A program made the translations under genes and the position numbers. A model generated the notes under the pieces. The model was given only the letters and a program-made list of their open reading frames with translations, was not told where the DNA came from and did no database searches. A DNA stretch of 63,939 nt, filler included, from Thraustochytrium aureum (Eukaryota): the NCBI GenBank assembly GCA_012862495.1. It is 5 parts of 4 records of this genome, joined end to end, with 100 filler letters (N's around TTAATTAATTAA, not from the genome) between each part and the next. Parts side by side here need not be neighbours in the genome. Positions count along the whole stretch, not along the records: positions 25,594 to 47,649 come from BLSG01000246.1; positions 47,750 to 60,726 come from BLSG01000246.1; 3 more parts are not named here. One strand, written 5' to 3'. Shown here piece after piece: positions 45,723-58,944 of this stretch (the stretch's first letter is position 1; every line of letters starts with the position of its first letter).

Positions 45723-46795
45723 TGTGCTGCCGACGCTCTCTCCTGCCCTTGTGACGCTTCGAAAGGGATCTGGCCGCGAGCGACGGCCGACTCGATTCGC
45801 AAGCCGGGCCGGCCGCCCACAGCCTGAGAGACATGACGCAGTGGCACTTTCGTCATCGGATTGGCAAAGTGTGCGTAGCACAAGTCCAAGTAGAATGGGG
45901 CGGAGCACGCACTCACGGCTGAAACTGCAACGTCACGGCAGAACAGAAATTTGCACAAAAAACAACTTGAAAAACGACGACGAGACTCCGCCTACCCACA
46001 CAACACGGGAATCGAGTTGGACTCGGGATTCGATTGTGAGCGCAGCGCACCAGTGCACTGCGCATGCGGCGTGCGTGCGCTGGAGGTCCTGGACTACCTA
46101 CTANNNNNNNNNNNNNNNNNNNNNNNNNNNNNNNNNNNNNNNNNNNNNNNNNNNNNNNNNNNNNNNNNNNNNNNNNNNNNNNNNNNNNNNNNNNNNNNNN
46201 NNNNNNNNNNNNNNNNNNNNNNNNNNNNNNNNNNNNNNNNNNNNNNNNNNNNNNNNNNNNNNNNNNNNNNNNNNNNNNNNNNNNNNNNNNNNNNNNNNNG
46301 TACTGTACTCAACACCAACCACTCGGTACGAGTCGATCTGCTGCCAATCCGCCGTACTCGACGCGGCAAATTTCATCAACCACTTTGAGGGGCCTCCACA
46401 GCCGCCGATGCGCCGAGGCGCCACAGGCATGCGGGAGCGGTTGGCGGCGTGGTTTGGGTCATGGATGGCGCGTGCAGAGCGTCGTTCAATGTGCGCGCGT
46501 TTTCTTGTGACATGGCTCCACGGACCGCAGGACCGGGCGCTCACGGCTGGCCGCGTATTGCGCACTCGCTGATGCCTCCTGCGCGCTTGCCCCAGTCGAT
46601 TGAAGGAGCACCAACAGGAAGCGAAGCGGCTGGGTTTTCCCAAGGCGCCCGGTTCGCTGCGTCAGGCTTGAATGCGCGGCGATGGTCTGCCCCGGCCGGG
46701 TGCGTGCACGCGCCAGCCGATCTCCAGAGGACGGCGCCAAGCGGAGAATAGCTTCTCTGCTACAGAATCATCTCCGTGTTGAGCAAGTGGTGACT

Positions 46796-47649
46796 TTACA
46801 CCCACGTGCGTGGCCGTGATGGGTGGACAAGTCCTGGGCTGTGCCTGCGGCGCAGCACGGCAACCATCGTGACCAGGTTGACAAGCATGTCAACACAGCC
46901 AATTGTCACCCAGATAATACTGTTGGCCGCGTCTGTCTGCAGCACGATGGCGCACGCGGCATTCGCAATTGACGATGTGAAGGCGATGAGGCAGGCGGCA
47001 GCGTTCCTCGCGGCCAATCTCAAGATGTTGGCCCGCAGCCGCTTCACCTTGGGGCTGTCCGTGGCGAACCTCAGGTTTAGGATTGGGTCGAGAAAGAGGC
47101 CTAGGGAGAGGAACGAGATGCCCGTGTTGCCGAGTAGTAGAGGCGCTAGGATCTCGACAGGAAGTTGAAAGCCGATCAACTCGCAGCTGTCGTCTGGAAA
47201 ACTCGTTGTGCTGGGCAAAGTCCAGAACAATGCCGTGCCCACGAGGTAGAAGCAAAAGGCGACTCGAAGAGCAAGCTTCATGGCGCGATGGCGCCGCTGA
47301 AGCGCAGATCCCATCATGAGCAAGGTTTGCGGCGTGAGAATCTCGGCGTGCTTGGAGTAGTAGAAGACATAGCTCCCGAATAATCCCAGCGCGTACGTGA
47401 TCTCGGATGCTTTGTGTACCGCGTGGCTTGGCCATGCCACCTGTTCAATGCCCAACGCGATAAGCACAAGCGTTGCGAGCTGAGAGCCTGCCGCAAGGGC
47501 AAGCCCCTGCGCTTGGAGCCGGCTGGCTGTCACGCGAGTCGTGACAGAGTGCGGGATCACGATCGAGTAGACCACAATCACGAAAACCAACGTAAGCATG
47601 CATGACTCCGCAGTCTCCTTGTAGCCCGGGCACCTGGCGAGAAGGGGGT
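46796..47649 (-). CDS. 7TM-like membrane protein, paralogue C (5' end in gap)
   Basis: CPGYKE, SQL, QVAWP, VFYYSKHAEILTP, CELIGF, GLFLDPILN, RLAARN, QTDA, IGCVDM. Confidence 0.8.
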
Positions 47650-47883
47650 NNNNNNNNNNNNNNNNNNNNNNNNNNNNNNNNNNNNNNNNNNNNTTAATTA
47701 ATTAANNNNNNNNNNNNNNNNNNNNNNNNNNNNNNNNNNNNNNNNNNNNAGGAGGTTTCGCTGACGCAGCGTCCAGGGCCAGCGAAGAAACCGAGCAAAG
47801 ACACTGCGAAGAGCGGCGGGTACAAACTCAAGCTCGTCAAGCCTGGTCGCAAGGGCACCGGCGCGCTGCGAGAGCGAACGCTC

Positions 47884-49630
47884 ATGAACGAGACGGAAAC
47901 GCACGCCGGGACAGCGGCCCCCACTTCGGCGTACCCTTCAAAAAAGTGGACCCCGGAGCTGGACGCTGCGCTACGCATCGCGGTGGAGCGCAACAAGGGC
48001 AAGAACTGGAAGGCGATCGCCGAGGCGGTCCCGGGGCGAACGCACGTGCAATGCTTGCAGCGGTGGAAGAAGGTGCTGCAGCCGGGGTTGGTCAAGGGCC
48101 ACTGGACTGAGGACGAGGACAGGTTGCTGGCATCACTGGTGGCGGAGGCGGGGCAGAACGTGCCTTCCTGGGTGGCGATTGCGCAGCACATCCCGGGACG
48201 AACGGCCAAGCAGTGCCGCGAGCGATGGAGTCTCAACCTGGACCCGAGCATCAACAAGGGCCCGTGGGTGGCGTCAGAGGACACCAAGCTGATGGAGTTG
48301 CACGCGCAGCTGGGCAACAAGTGGGCCGAGATATCGAGCTACATGCACGGGCGCACGGAGAACGCGGTCAAGACCAGGTACAAGAGCCTGGTGCGGGCCG
48401 CGCAAAAGGTGTGGACTGAAGAGGAAGACCGCATCATCGTCGAGGCCAAGCACAACTGCAACAACCGCTGGACGTCCATTTCGAACAAGCTCCCAGGTCG
48501 CTCCAAGAACGCCGTGCGCCTTCGCTGGAAGTATCTCGTGAGCCAAAACCCCTCGCTGGATCGCAAACCGCTCGAAGGCGATCCGTTTGAAGACGATGTG
48601 TTCAGCGACGCCGGCCAGCCAGCGCACCACGCCACATATCATCACGAGCAACACTTGAGCGGGTCCCAAAGCCAACTTTATCTCGAGGAGCACCACCAGA
48701 ACCAGTTTCAGTACCAGAGCAGTTCCAACACGGCCAGCTTTGCCCCGCGGTACATGTCACAGCAATCGCATGGCGGCACCGATCAGCGAGGGTTTAACGA
48801 GTTTGCTGCTGGGCCGCTGCAGTCGGAGGGTGGGGTTCCGACGTTCCGCAGCGCGTCGGAGCAGCACTCGGGCGCAGCAAACTTCGACACATTCGGGAAC
48901 AGCCAAGGCCACGAAGCGATGATCAATTTCGAGTTTGGAGATCTCGATGTGCACCCGGAAGGCCCCGAGTTTGGCCTGGAGGCCAACGACCGATTGCCGT
49001 ACGGGCAGAGCGTGAAGCACGAGCGTGGCCTCGACAGCTCGGCCCCTTCGCTCGCGTTTCATGCCCAGCATGAGATGGCTCCACCGCACGGCAACTTGGC
49101 CGCCCCTCGCTCGGGCATGAAAGAGGAGGGATGCACCATTCGTGTACGGGACGCCAGAGTACGCTGTGAAGAGCGAAACGCCCGCTGCCAGACATCCTGG
49201 GCTAGAGGCGGCCTCGGAAGGCCTGTCTGGATCCGCCCTCGAACTCTTGTTCGATTCTCCTGGCGAGGAGCTCGCGAGAGACGCGCAATACCACCACTAC
49301 CACCACCACCACCACCACCATCACCCCCATGCCGCTGGATACGCTGCCGGGCAGGCTTTCGGGAAGACGGTTGATCCCAGCAAGGCCGCGCATGACCGGG
49401 TGCGGCTTTCGACAGGCGAAGAGGCGTTTGCGAGGCCACTGGCGAACAATTTTGACGGGGACTTTAGCGTGGAGCCGAAGCAACTCGCGCAGTACAGCAT
49501 GTCCAACATGTCGCGATTCTCCGACAACAACATCGACATGCTGGTCGATGTGCTCTACGGCGGCGACGGCGCTGCGCCTGCTGTTGGCAAGGGTGGCAGT
49601 GTTCGTGGTGCTGATCTGACCGCAGTGTGA
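47884..49630 (+). CDS. Myb transcription factor with four tandem repeats; frameshift near 49130; frame is open upstream to the gap at 47750
   Basis: WTPELD...QCLQRW; GHWTEDED...KQCRERW; GPWVASED...GRTENAVKTRY; VWTEEED...GRSKNAVRLRW; followed by a His/Gln-rich low-complexity tail. Confidence 0.93.
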
Positions 49631-52600
49631 ACGCATCTGCGCAAGCGACGAGTACTCTACTACAAACTACAACAAACCTTCAACAAACAGTTTTCCATCG
49701 CATTCGGAGGGACGGCGGCGGCGGCGGGCGTGCGTAACAGCGCGATTTACTTGCAGGTGGAGCCGCCAACAGACCAACCACCCTCTGCATCAGTTCAGTT
49801 CAGAATCTGCACAGTGGGGCTGCCCGCACCTGCAAAGCCAAGCAAAGCCGCACAACGGTTGGGTCTGGAAGGGCTCCGTTCCCATTTCCACTGTGGAAGA
49901 GCGCCGTCGCAACCGCAGCCAAAGCAACCGATCCCGTGCTGAGTACGAACCTCTTGATGCGTGGTGAGAGCAGTTCGAACAGGGCCGGCCTGCTGGCAAC
50001 CAAAGAAGGCCTCCTGGTGGAAGGCAGGCAGGCAGGCTCGCTAGCTGCGGGTGGAAGCCGCCAGCGCTTCCTACCTACGCCGCGTGCCACGCAACGCGAG
50101 AGCGAGCAGACGGTTGGCCTGCAGCCTCTGCCCGCACGAAGAGGCACCGTGCTGCGGGCCGGGCTCGTCGGCGGCGGCACCTCGGTTCGGAGCAACGCGC
50201 CACTCCAAGCCGCTCCCGAGGCTCGCCCTCGGGACCAGTACGCCGCCCTTCGGCAGTGGGACAGAGAGCATCATCAAGGTGCGCGCGTGCCGCCGCCTCT
50301 GTCGGCACCGCGCGGCGGCGCGCGGTGCCCGTGCTCTACGTGAGGGATACATTTGCCCAACACACTCGCGCGCGATGCAGTCAACGGCACTCGGGCAGGT
50401 TGGAGACGCAAAGTTGGGGCACCATCCGAGCCGGCTCACCCCATCTACAGCGCCGCAAGCTCCCTAGCCAGAACAAGCCAGCCTCGTCAGCTCAGCGCCA
50501 GCTGGAACAGCCGCTCTTGAACCACGCGGGTGCCTCGGGGTACGGTGGGCCGTCCCTGAGCGGCCGCCCGTGGGCGATCCTCCTGATTGCCAGCGATGAC
50601 TGCGACCGGAGCGAGTGATTTGTGGGACGCCGCAGCTGCAATCGCGTAAGTGCGATCTTGGACACCGCGGCCGAGCCGTGGCGATGGCCGTTGTGGAAAG
50701 GCCGCAGGCTGGGATGCAGGTGCGAAGCGGACCGCGGTCAGAGCAAGGAGCATCCCGCCTCGCCCTTTCGGCGCGCAACGAACGGCCTTCTGCGAGCTTG
50801 CTTGTCACACCGGTCGGTCTGGCTCGCTCGCTCTCTGTACTTGCTCGCTCTACCACGGACTTCGCGCGAGCGAAAACAAGCGCAGGCGCTGCGCTGCTGG
50901 GAGGGAGCCGACTGCGGCCAGGATCTGCCCCGAACCCTCGGCAAGTACGAAGCGGTAGTGTTGGTTGTGCACACGTCGTCGGGCTTCGCGCTCGGCGAAG
51001 GGAGCCCTGACGCCTGGGCCAGCTGCAAGCCCCGCACGTCGATGAGATGAGTTCCTACCAGCTCTCTGGCAGACAGACGGTGAGCCTCGACCGAGGAGGA
51101 TCCTCCTTGTTCGAGCCGTCTGGCTGCGAGCCCCACTTCGCGGACGGGAATCATCGTGGAATCGGCAAGGAAGCTGCCGCCATCTCGGACAAGTCGCGCG
51201 GTGGACGAGCTCATCGCGATCCAGCAAGCAATCCAGCGCACTGCCCTGGGTGTGGCACGGAGGGTCGGATCTTCCATGGGTGCGGCGATGCGCGCCGTGC
51301 CAAAGCACTGCCGACACCACGGCCCAGAAGATCCGCAGCGACACTGGCAGGCAGGCCATACACAACCTTGGCTGGCATTCGGCGAGGCGTTCATCNNNNN
51401 NNNNNNNNNNNNNNNNNNNNNNNNNNNNNNNNNNNNNNNNNNNNNNNNNNNNNNNNNNNNNNNNNNNNNNNNNNNNNNNNNNNNNNNNNNNNNNNNNNNN
51501 NNNNNNNNNNNNNNNNNNNNNNNNNNNNNNNNNNNNNNNNNNNNNNNNNNNNNNNNNNNNNNNNNNNNNNNNNNNNNNNNNNNNNNNNNNNNNNNNNNNN
51601 NNNNNNNNNNNNNNNNNNNNNNNNNNNNNNNNNNNNNNNNNNNNNNNNNNNNNNNNNNNNNNNNNNNNNNNNNNNNNNNNNNNNNNNNNNNNNNNNNNNN
51701 NNNNNNNNNNNNNNNNNNNNNNNNNNNNNNNNNNNNNNNNNNNNNNNNNNNNNNNNNNNNNNNNNNNNNNNNNNNNNNNNNNNNNNNNNNNNNNNNNNNN
51801 NNNNNNNNNNNNNNNNNNNNNNNNNNNNNNNNNNNNNNNNNNNNNNNNNNNNNNNNNNNNNNNNNNNNNNNNNNNNNNNNNNNNNNNNNNNNNNNNNNNN
51901 NNNNNNNNNNNNNNNNNNNNNNNNNNNNNNNNNNNNNNNNNNNNNNNNNNNNNNNNNNNNNNNNNNNNNNNNNNNNNNNNNNNNNNNNNNNNNNNNNNNN
52001 NNNNNNNNNNNNNNNNNNNNNNNNNNNNNNNNNNNNNNNNNNNNNNNNNNNNNNNNNNNNNNNNNNNNNNNNNNNNNNNNNNNNNNNNNNNNNNNNNNNN
52101 NNNNNNNNNNNNNNNNNNNNNNNNNNNNNNNNNNNNNNNNNNNNNNNNNNNNNNNNAGGCCCGTTCGGCTTGGAAAAAAACGTTTATTTATTCATTTTCT
52201 GCTTTCACTACCTAACTAGAGGGGTAGTTTTGTTGTTGCTGTTCAAGTTGCTGCTTTTATTAGTTTTTTTATTAGTTTTTGTTTTTTTATTGTTTTGGGT
52301 TTTGTTTGGGTTTTGGTGTGAGGGTCCCTCACGGACGTGCATCCAGGCATCAGACCGAACGCCCATGCAGAGCAGCGAGCAGCAGATCCCCAACAGCACA
52401 GCCTGCCTCCCCGCCTGCAGCAGCAGCAGCAGCAGCAGCAGCCGCAGCGGGAGGAGGAGGAGGAGGAGCAGCAGCTGCTGCAGCAGGGCGCCTGCGTTGA
52501 CGCGCTCCAGCCGCAGAGCTCGGCAGGAGCGCCGCTCTGGCGCGGCGGTGGCGACCGCCTTGGCTCGCTCCGCCTCGGCGCTCGTCAGGCGGATCGAGAT

Positions 52601-52740
52601 CCTGGCGGTGGGACAGATCGAGGACCTGGACGCGGGCCTGTCCGCGGACGCGGCGCCCGGCGAGCGAGCCCTGCTTGACTCGCTGACGGGCTGGGACGGC
52701 TCGCGCCGCGCAGTGCCACGCTGCGCGCCGGGTAGCAGAC

Positions 52741-55107
52741 ATGCCGATGGCGGAGACCGAGATTGAGCGCGACGAGGCCCTCAGCTCGCACAGCAGCGAG
52801 GACGAGACCCGCGACGAGTGGTTGCGCGAGAGCCGACACAATCGCGAGCCCAAGCTCCCGAGCCGCCTCGGCCGGCACCAGCGGGTCCCCGACAACTCGG
52901 CCCAGCGAAACGCGCGGTCGCTGCAGAGAATGGATTCGTTCCAAGTACCGCAAGACAGCCCCTCAAACGAGGACATCGGGTTCCAGCACGAGTCCAAACT
53001 CGTGAGCCCCACGGGTGGCTCGATGTGGAGCCCGCGCGGCGGAACGCCTCCCGCTCACGGCTCATCCAGGAAGCCCGGACAAAGTGGGCCCTCAAGACAG
53101 CACCAGCACCGTCTGCAAACGCTCGGATCGAGCCCTCGCAGCCCGCGCTTCACCGACCGCGTCCGGAGGAGCTCTGGCGAGGTGCCCCAGCTCGGCAGCG
53201 CCGCGTTTGAGCGCCGCGACTCGGTCGACGAAAGCCCCGAAGTCGACTCGAGCGGCAACGCCTGGAGGGCCAGCAACGACTGGGATGTGAGGGCGCCGAG
53301 CAACCGCCGCCGCGACCTGGACGAGACCGAGCCGTACTATGCACCCAGAGTAGCGCCCCCGCACGACATGCCGGTCCCGGCGTCCTCCATGAGGCGCACG
53401 GGCAGCCAAGAGGTCCTTCGCTCCAACGAGGCCGGGCTGGAAGCGTCTCGCGAGCGTCCAGCCCGCCGAGCTCTGGGTTCCTGCACTTCGCCGCGCCGTT
53501 GAACCGCGTCGACTCGGCCAGCTCGTCGTCGTTGGGGGGCGAGGCGCCGGCGCGGCGGTCCCCTCGCGTTAAACNNNNNNNNNNNNNNNNNNNNNNNNNN
53601 NNNNNNNNNNNNNNNNNNNNNNNNNNNNNNNNNNNNNNNNNNNNNNNNNNNNNNNNNNNNNNNNNNNNNNNNNNNNNNNNNNNNNNNNNNNNNNNNNNNN
53701 NNNNNNNNNNNNNNNNNNNNNNNNNNNNNNNNNNNNNNNNNNNNNNNNNNNNNNNNNNNNNNNNNNNNNNNNNNNNNNNNNNNNNNNNNNNNNNNNNNNN
53801 NNNNNNNNNNNNNNNNNNNNNNNNNNNNNNNNNNNNNNNNNNNNNNNNNNNNNNNNNNNNNNNNNNNNNNNNNNNNNNNNNNNNNNNNNNNNNNNNNNNN
53901 NNNNNNNNNNNNNNNNNNNNNNNNNNNNNNNNNNNNNNNNNNNNNNNNNNNNNNNNNNNNNNNNNNNNNNNNNNNNNNNNNNNNNNNNNNNNNNNNNNNN
54001 NNNNNNNNNNNNNNNNNNNNNNNNNNNNNNNNNNNNNNNNNNNNNNNNNNNNNNNNNNNNNNNNNNNNNNNGTCAGACGAGACGGCCAACTACCCGAGCA
54101 TGTCGAGCCGCGACATTGGCGGCACTCGCCCGCTCAACCGCTTCACCCGTCGCAAGTCGAGCTGCGCCGAGCTGCCCGCGATGGAGGAGGCCTCGTCCGG
54201 CTCGGCCTCGTCCACGACCTCCCACCCGTTCAAAGGGCTGTCGCTGACAGGCCGCAGGAGCTCGGCGCGCTCGCCCCAGAACGCCTTCGACCCGGCCAAC
54301 ATCCGCTTGGGGACGAAGATCGGTCAGGGCTCGTTCGGATCAGTGTTCATGGCGATCGACTTTATGTTGACGGGCCGCCAGTTCGCGGTCAAAAGGCTGC
54401 AGACCGACCCGAACGACGAGGAGCGCACTCGTGCACACCGCGAGGAAATCCGTGTCATGCAGGACCTTCAACACGAGAACATCGTCCAGTACTTCGGCTC
54501 GGCCTTCAGCGAGGGTGACAACCCCACGCTCGACATTTACATGGAGTTTGTCGCCGGCGGCTCGATCGGCTCGCTCGTCAAGACGTACGGGGCGCTCCGC
54601 GACCCGCTCATCGCAAAGTTCACCCTGCACATTCTGCGAGGGGTGGCCTACCTCCACAGCAAGGGCGTCATCCATCGCGACATCAAGGGCGGAAACGTTC
54701 TCATTTCCGCCGACGGAACCGCCAAGCTTGCCGACTTTGGCTGTTCCAAGCTTCTCAACACGATGGACCCGGCCGCCCGCGAGAACACCCTCGTCCAAAT
54801 TCGCGGGAGCCTGCTGTGGATGGCGCCGGAGGTGGCCAAGCAGACGAGGTACGACTTGCCCGCTGATATTTGGAGCGTCGGTGCAACCGTGCTGGAAATG
54901 GCCTCGGGCGACCGCCCGTGGCCAAGTGCTCAAAACAACATCGCAGCTATCTACGCTGTCGCCCAGGCGACAGGCCCGCCGCCCATTCCTGATGATGTCT
55001 CCATGAAGGTCCTGGATCTCATGCACATGTGCTTCAAGATCGATCCTGAGGAGCGCCCAACTGCTGAAGAGCTTCTGGAGCATGCGCTTTTCTTGGATCT
55101 CAGGTGA
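52741..55107 (+). CDS. MAP kinase kinase kinase (STE11/MEKK-like) with long disordered N-terminus (gap and frameshift inside)
   Basis: IGQGSFGSV, FAVK, HENIVQY, IYMEFVAGGSI, IHRDIKGGNVL, KLADFGCSK, GSLLWMAPE, ADIWSVG, RPTAEELLEH. Confidence 0.92.
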
Positions 55108-55319
55108 GAGGAGCTCTGCACGCACTTTTCGTTCGTCTCGTCAGTCTCTCTCTTTCTCTGTGTCTCTCGTCGGGCNCTCTGTCGCGCTATGTACCTACTA
55201 TGCCTGCGTAGTGGCCCCCGCTTTTTGTTGTGGTGCGGGCGGGGCCTTGCGCCGGTTCTTCGTGCGGCTTCGGTCGGCAGCTTGTTCCGCTCGCCGGTCG
55301 CAAGCTCGCTATCTTCAGC

Positions 55320-55392
55320 ACATGGAGCAGCCCGAGCTCGGCGGCTGCTCCACCAAGCATATGGAGCAGCCCGTGCTCGACGGCTGTTCCAG
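55320..55392. repeat. Two-copy 39-bp direct repeat
   Basis: atggagcagcccg.gctcg.cggctg.tcca occurs twice. Confidence 0.7.
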
Positions 55393-56645
55393 TAAATAGA
55401 GTGTAAACGTACAAGATCTGCTGTTCCTTTTTTTCGACACGATCAATCAATTGTTTTACGTGCTCTGCGCGCACGCAGACGCCACGCCAAAGGATCTACC
55501 TTGGTATCTGCCACGCGCACAGCGTTGCAACTGTTGGGGCGGGTTTCAGGTTGATGGCCTGGCGCGGCGAGCGGCCACGCATGTCGGCGAGGCTTCTGCG
55601 AGCCCGACTCCGCACCCACGACACCCTCCACTCGCTCGTCCGTATCCCGCCCTAGCAGCGCCAGCTCCGCGCCGTCTGCGCTACCTGTTTTTCAGCTTGC
55701 GCAGGCCCCAAGTTACCACGGGAATCATGAACGCCAGCACAAAGACCGTCACAAGCAAAGCGTATTCGAACGGCATCCCGTCTTGCGTCTAGCGCAGCGC
55801 GCGCGCGTCCGCGCCCGTCCGCAGCGGGCTCGACGAGCCCCTGCCGCGCCCCCGCCGCAAAAACCAATACAAAAAACCAACCTAAAGTGTAGGGTAGAGG
55901 ACACCGCCCAGCTCGCTCCTTGGAACCAAAGCCAAAACGCGCCCGAGGACACGCACCGCGACGTCAATCCCGCGCAGCCAGCACGCCGGTACAGCCCACC
56001 CGGCAGCGCCTCCAGCCGCGCATTCGGCATCTGCCCCGTCCCAATTCCTACTCGAACTCGAAGGCACCGCTGGAAGCCGTTACAATCCGGGCCAATACGG
56101 AGAAACAAACCAAACGTCGCAGCACAAAGAAGAGCTCTCTGTACTTCTAGCAACGCTTTGCTCTTTGTTCTTTNNNNNNNNNNNNNNNNNNNNNNNNNNN
56201 NNNNNNNNNNNNNNNNNNNNNNNNNNNNNNNNNNNNNNNNNNNNNNNNNNNNNNNNNNNNNNNNNNNNNNNNNNNNNNNNNNNNNNNNNNNNNNNNNNNN
56301 NNNNNNNNNNNNNNNNNNNNNNNNNNNNNNNNNNNNNNNNNNNNNNNNNNNNNNNNNNNNNNNNNNNNNNNNNNNNNNNNNNNNNNNNNNNNNNNNNNNN
56401 NNNNNNNNNNNNNNNNNNNNNNNNNNNNNNNNNNNNNNNNNNNNNNNNNNNNNNNNNNNNNNNNNNNNNNNNNNNNNNNNNNNNNNNNNNNNNNNNNNNN
56501 NNNNNNNNNNNNNNNNNNNNNNNNNNNNNNNNNNNNNNNNNNNNNNNNNNNNNNNNNNNNNNNNNNNNNNNNNNNNNNNNNNNNNNNNNNNNNNNNNNNN
56601 NNNNNNNNNNNNNNNNNNNNNNNNNNNNNNNNNNNNNNNNNNNNN

Positions 56646-58379
56646 GCGCGCAACTCTAGGTTCCCTGCCCCCGATCGCCCCGACAAGAGCGCGAGCTGCA
56701 TAGAAATGGCAGACGCGCGGATGGAGGCCGCCAGCCCATGCGGCGAGGAAGAGAAGCACGCGGGGGAAGCCCAAACTGCCGACTTTTCGGCGCTGGCCTG
56801 CCCGTGCCGGTGGCTTGAGGCCGTAACGCGATTCATCGACGAGGCGCTCGAGGGACGGGCTCGGCGTGCTCGTGCACTCGCAGGACGGACGCAACCGAGC
56901 ATGCAGCTGCGTGGTCGCATACCTGATGAATTCGTACGAGTGGGACCTTGAAAAGTCCATCTCCTACGTGCAAAGCAAGAGGCCCGACCTTTTGCCGAGC
57001 GAGCAACTTTGCACAGCTCGCGATCCTCAGCAAGTGGCTGGAGGCGCGCCTCGATTCGTTCCGCCTCGCAGAGCCGAAGAGCGCGATGCCGCCTCGCGAG
57101 CTCGCCATCGTCAGGTTTCGGACCTGGGACATCGCCCCGCACGATCTGCGCCGTGTTAGTCAGCGCGCAGAGGAGGAGCTCGTCCTCCACAACACCTACT
57201 TGAACAGTGGCACCTACGTGGCTGCCCCTCCCGCCGCGCCGCCCGCCGCCGCCTCCCCCGTCGCCATGGCGCAGGAGACGTATGCGAGCGTGCTGCTCCG
57301 CTCGCCGCAATCCGCCACTTCGCCTCGCCTCGCCTCGCGAAAGGCCGTGCAGTGGATCGACGCGGACCACGTGGTCCGATCTGGAGAGCCTGTCCTGCGC
57401 AGCCCATTCAGCCGCAAGGTCTTGCCAGAGCGGCCGCCAGGACCCTGCTACCGATCTCTTCGCGCGACCGGGGGCTGGCATGACACGGCGCCTCCGAGCC
57501 CGGACCAAGCAGCGCCGCGCGAGAGCGACGGGACGCGGACTTGGGCGCAGGCTGCGTGCCAAGACCCGGGCTTTGAGTCGCCGAAGAAGATTTTCGAGCT
57601 CAAGGGCCGGCACCAAAAACCAGAACAAGCGCACGCTGCAATGCGTCTCAGCCCCAAGCCCCAGTATGCCTCTCTCGCCAAGGGGGGCACCGCCGCCGGC
57701 CTTGCCGCCAGCTGCAGCCGCAGGTTGCGCTCTGCTGGACAAGAAGCTCGACTGGAACCATCTGCGCCAGACGCTCCTGTCCAATGGCATGGCAGAGTCG
57801 CTCGCGCGTCGCGAGCCCTCCGCCGGACAGCCAGCCGGCCGGTCTGATGGGGCGAGGCTGGCGACCGAGGTGGTTGCGTGGCCGCGGGCCGCAGCGTCTG
57901 GGTCGCAAAACAGGGCTGCCAACACGCGCGCCGGCGCTGGGGCAAACCAATCCCTGCCAAGACCCGAAGGCCCGTTGGCGGCTGACAAGGGTGGTGGAAA
58001 TCGGCCAGCACGCGGTGGGAGCAATCTACGAAACAAGGCCAAGGAGGCCAGTGCTTCGAGGTGCGGGCGTCCCGCGCCGCAGCAGGCCCTGGCTCGGCGC
58101 AAAAAGGCAGTGCTGCAGCCCGTGAGCCACCAGGTAGCAGCCGCTGTTGCCGCCGCCGCCGCCACGGCGCGGCTCGGCGGCCGGCCGGTCAAGAAGCACG
58201 GGGCGTCTATTGCCGCGCCGCGGCCCAAGGGGCAGAGCCCTCTCAGAGGGAAAAAGTCAAGCGGTCTCGCTCTAGGCTCTGGCGCTTCCTCAACAGCTGT
58301 CCCGCGCCGAAGGGCTGCAGCCCGTTCTGCAGCCGCGCAGCAAGCACTCGTTGCTGCCCGAGTCGCCTCTCCACGGTAA
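56646..58379 (+). CDS. Dual-specificity-phosphatase-like protein with Cys-to-Ser active site and long low-complexity tail (5' end in gap; frameshifts)
   Basis: VTRFIDEALE...VLVHSQDGRNRACSCVVAYLMNSYEWDLEKSISYVQSKRPDL, NFAQLAIL, EEELVLHNTYLNS. Confidence 0.78.
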
Positions 58380-58944
58380 GTCCGGTCTGGCCTCCGCCAC
58401 AGCCCTTGCTGCGGTCGTCGTCGTTGAGACACATCCCGCCACGCTGTGGCGACCGGCCAGCCGGCACGTTGGTGCTCAGAAGCGCCTCGGCGGCTTGAGC
58501 ACGGCGCGTCGCGCGCCTGACACTCGGTTTTCCACCCATCTACTTATGTTATTGATTTGCGCTTGGTGCGGGGCGAGCTCGCCGAACACCTGACTTGCCG
58601 CTTGCTTGCCCGCCTGGCTGTCTGCCTGCCTGGCTGTCTCTGCCTGGCTGTCTCTGCCTGGCTGTCCTGGCTCTTCAGCTATCTCGACGGGTAAGGCGCG
58701 ACCTTGGCAAGCTGGCAAGCAGGCAGGCACAGGCAGGCGGCATTCCAACACCAGTTCAGATCCCTCTTTCCCTCCCTCGCTCCCTCGCTCCCTCTGAGGC
58801 CGAGCGACACGGCCCGCCCGCCCTGCCGGCCTGGCGCGGATCGACGGCGGCCGGTCTTGCCGCGGGCGTCTCGGCTGAGCTCGCGGCCGGCGCTCGAGCA
58901 GCGCAGGGCGCTAGTGCGAGGCGGAGTGGCAAGGCGTTTGCGCC

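Noticed and set aside
49700..51395. Overlapping ORFs between Myb and the gap
   Set aside because: No recognisable motif or consistent coding frame; cannot support a gene call.
55400..56173. ORFs between MAP3K and the phosphatase
   Set aside because: Low-complexity sequence with no supportable product.
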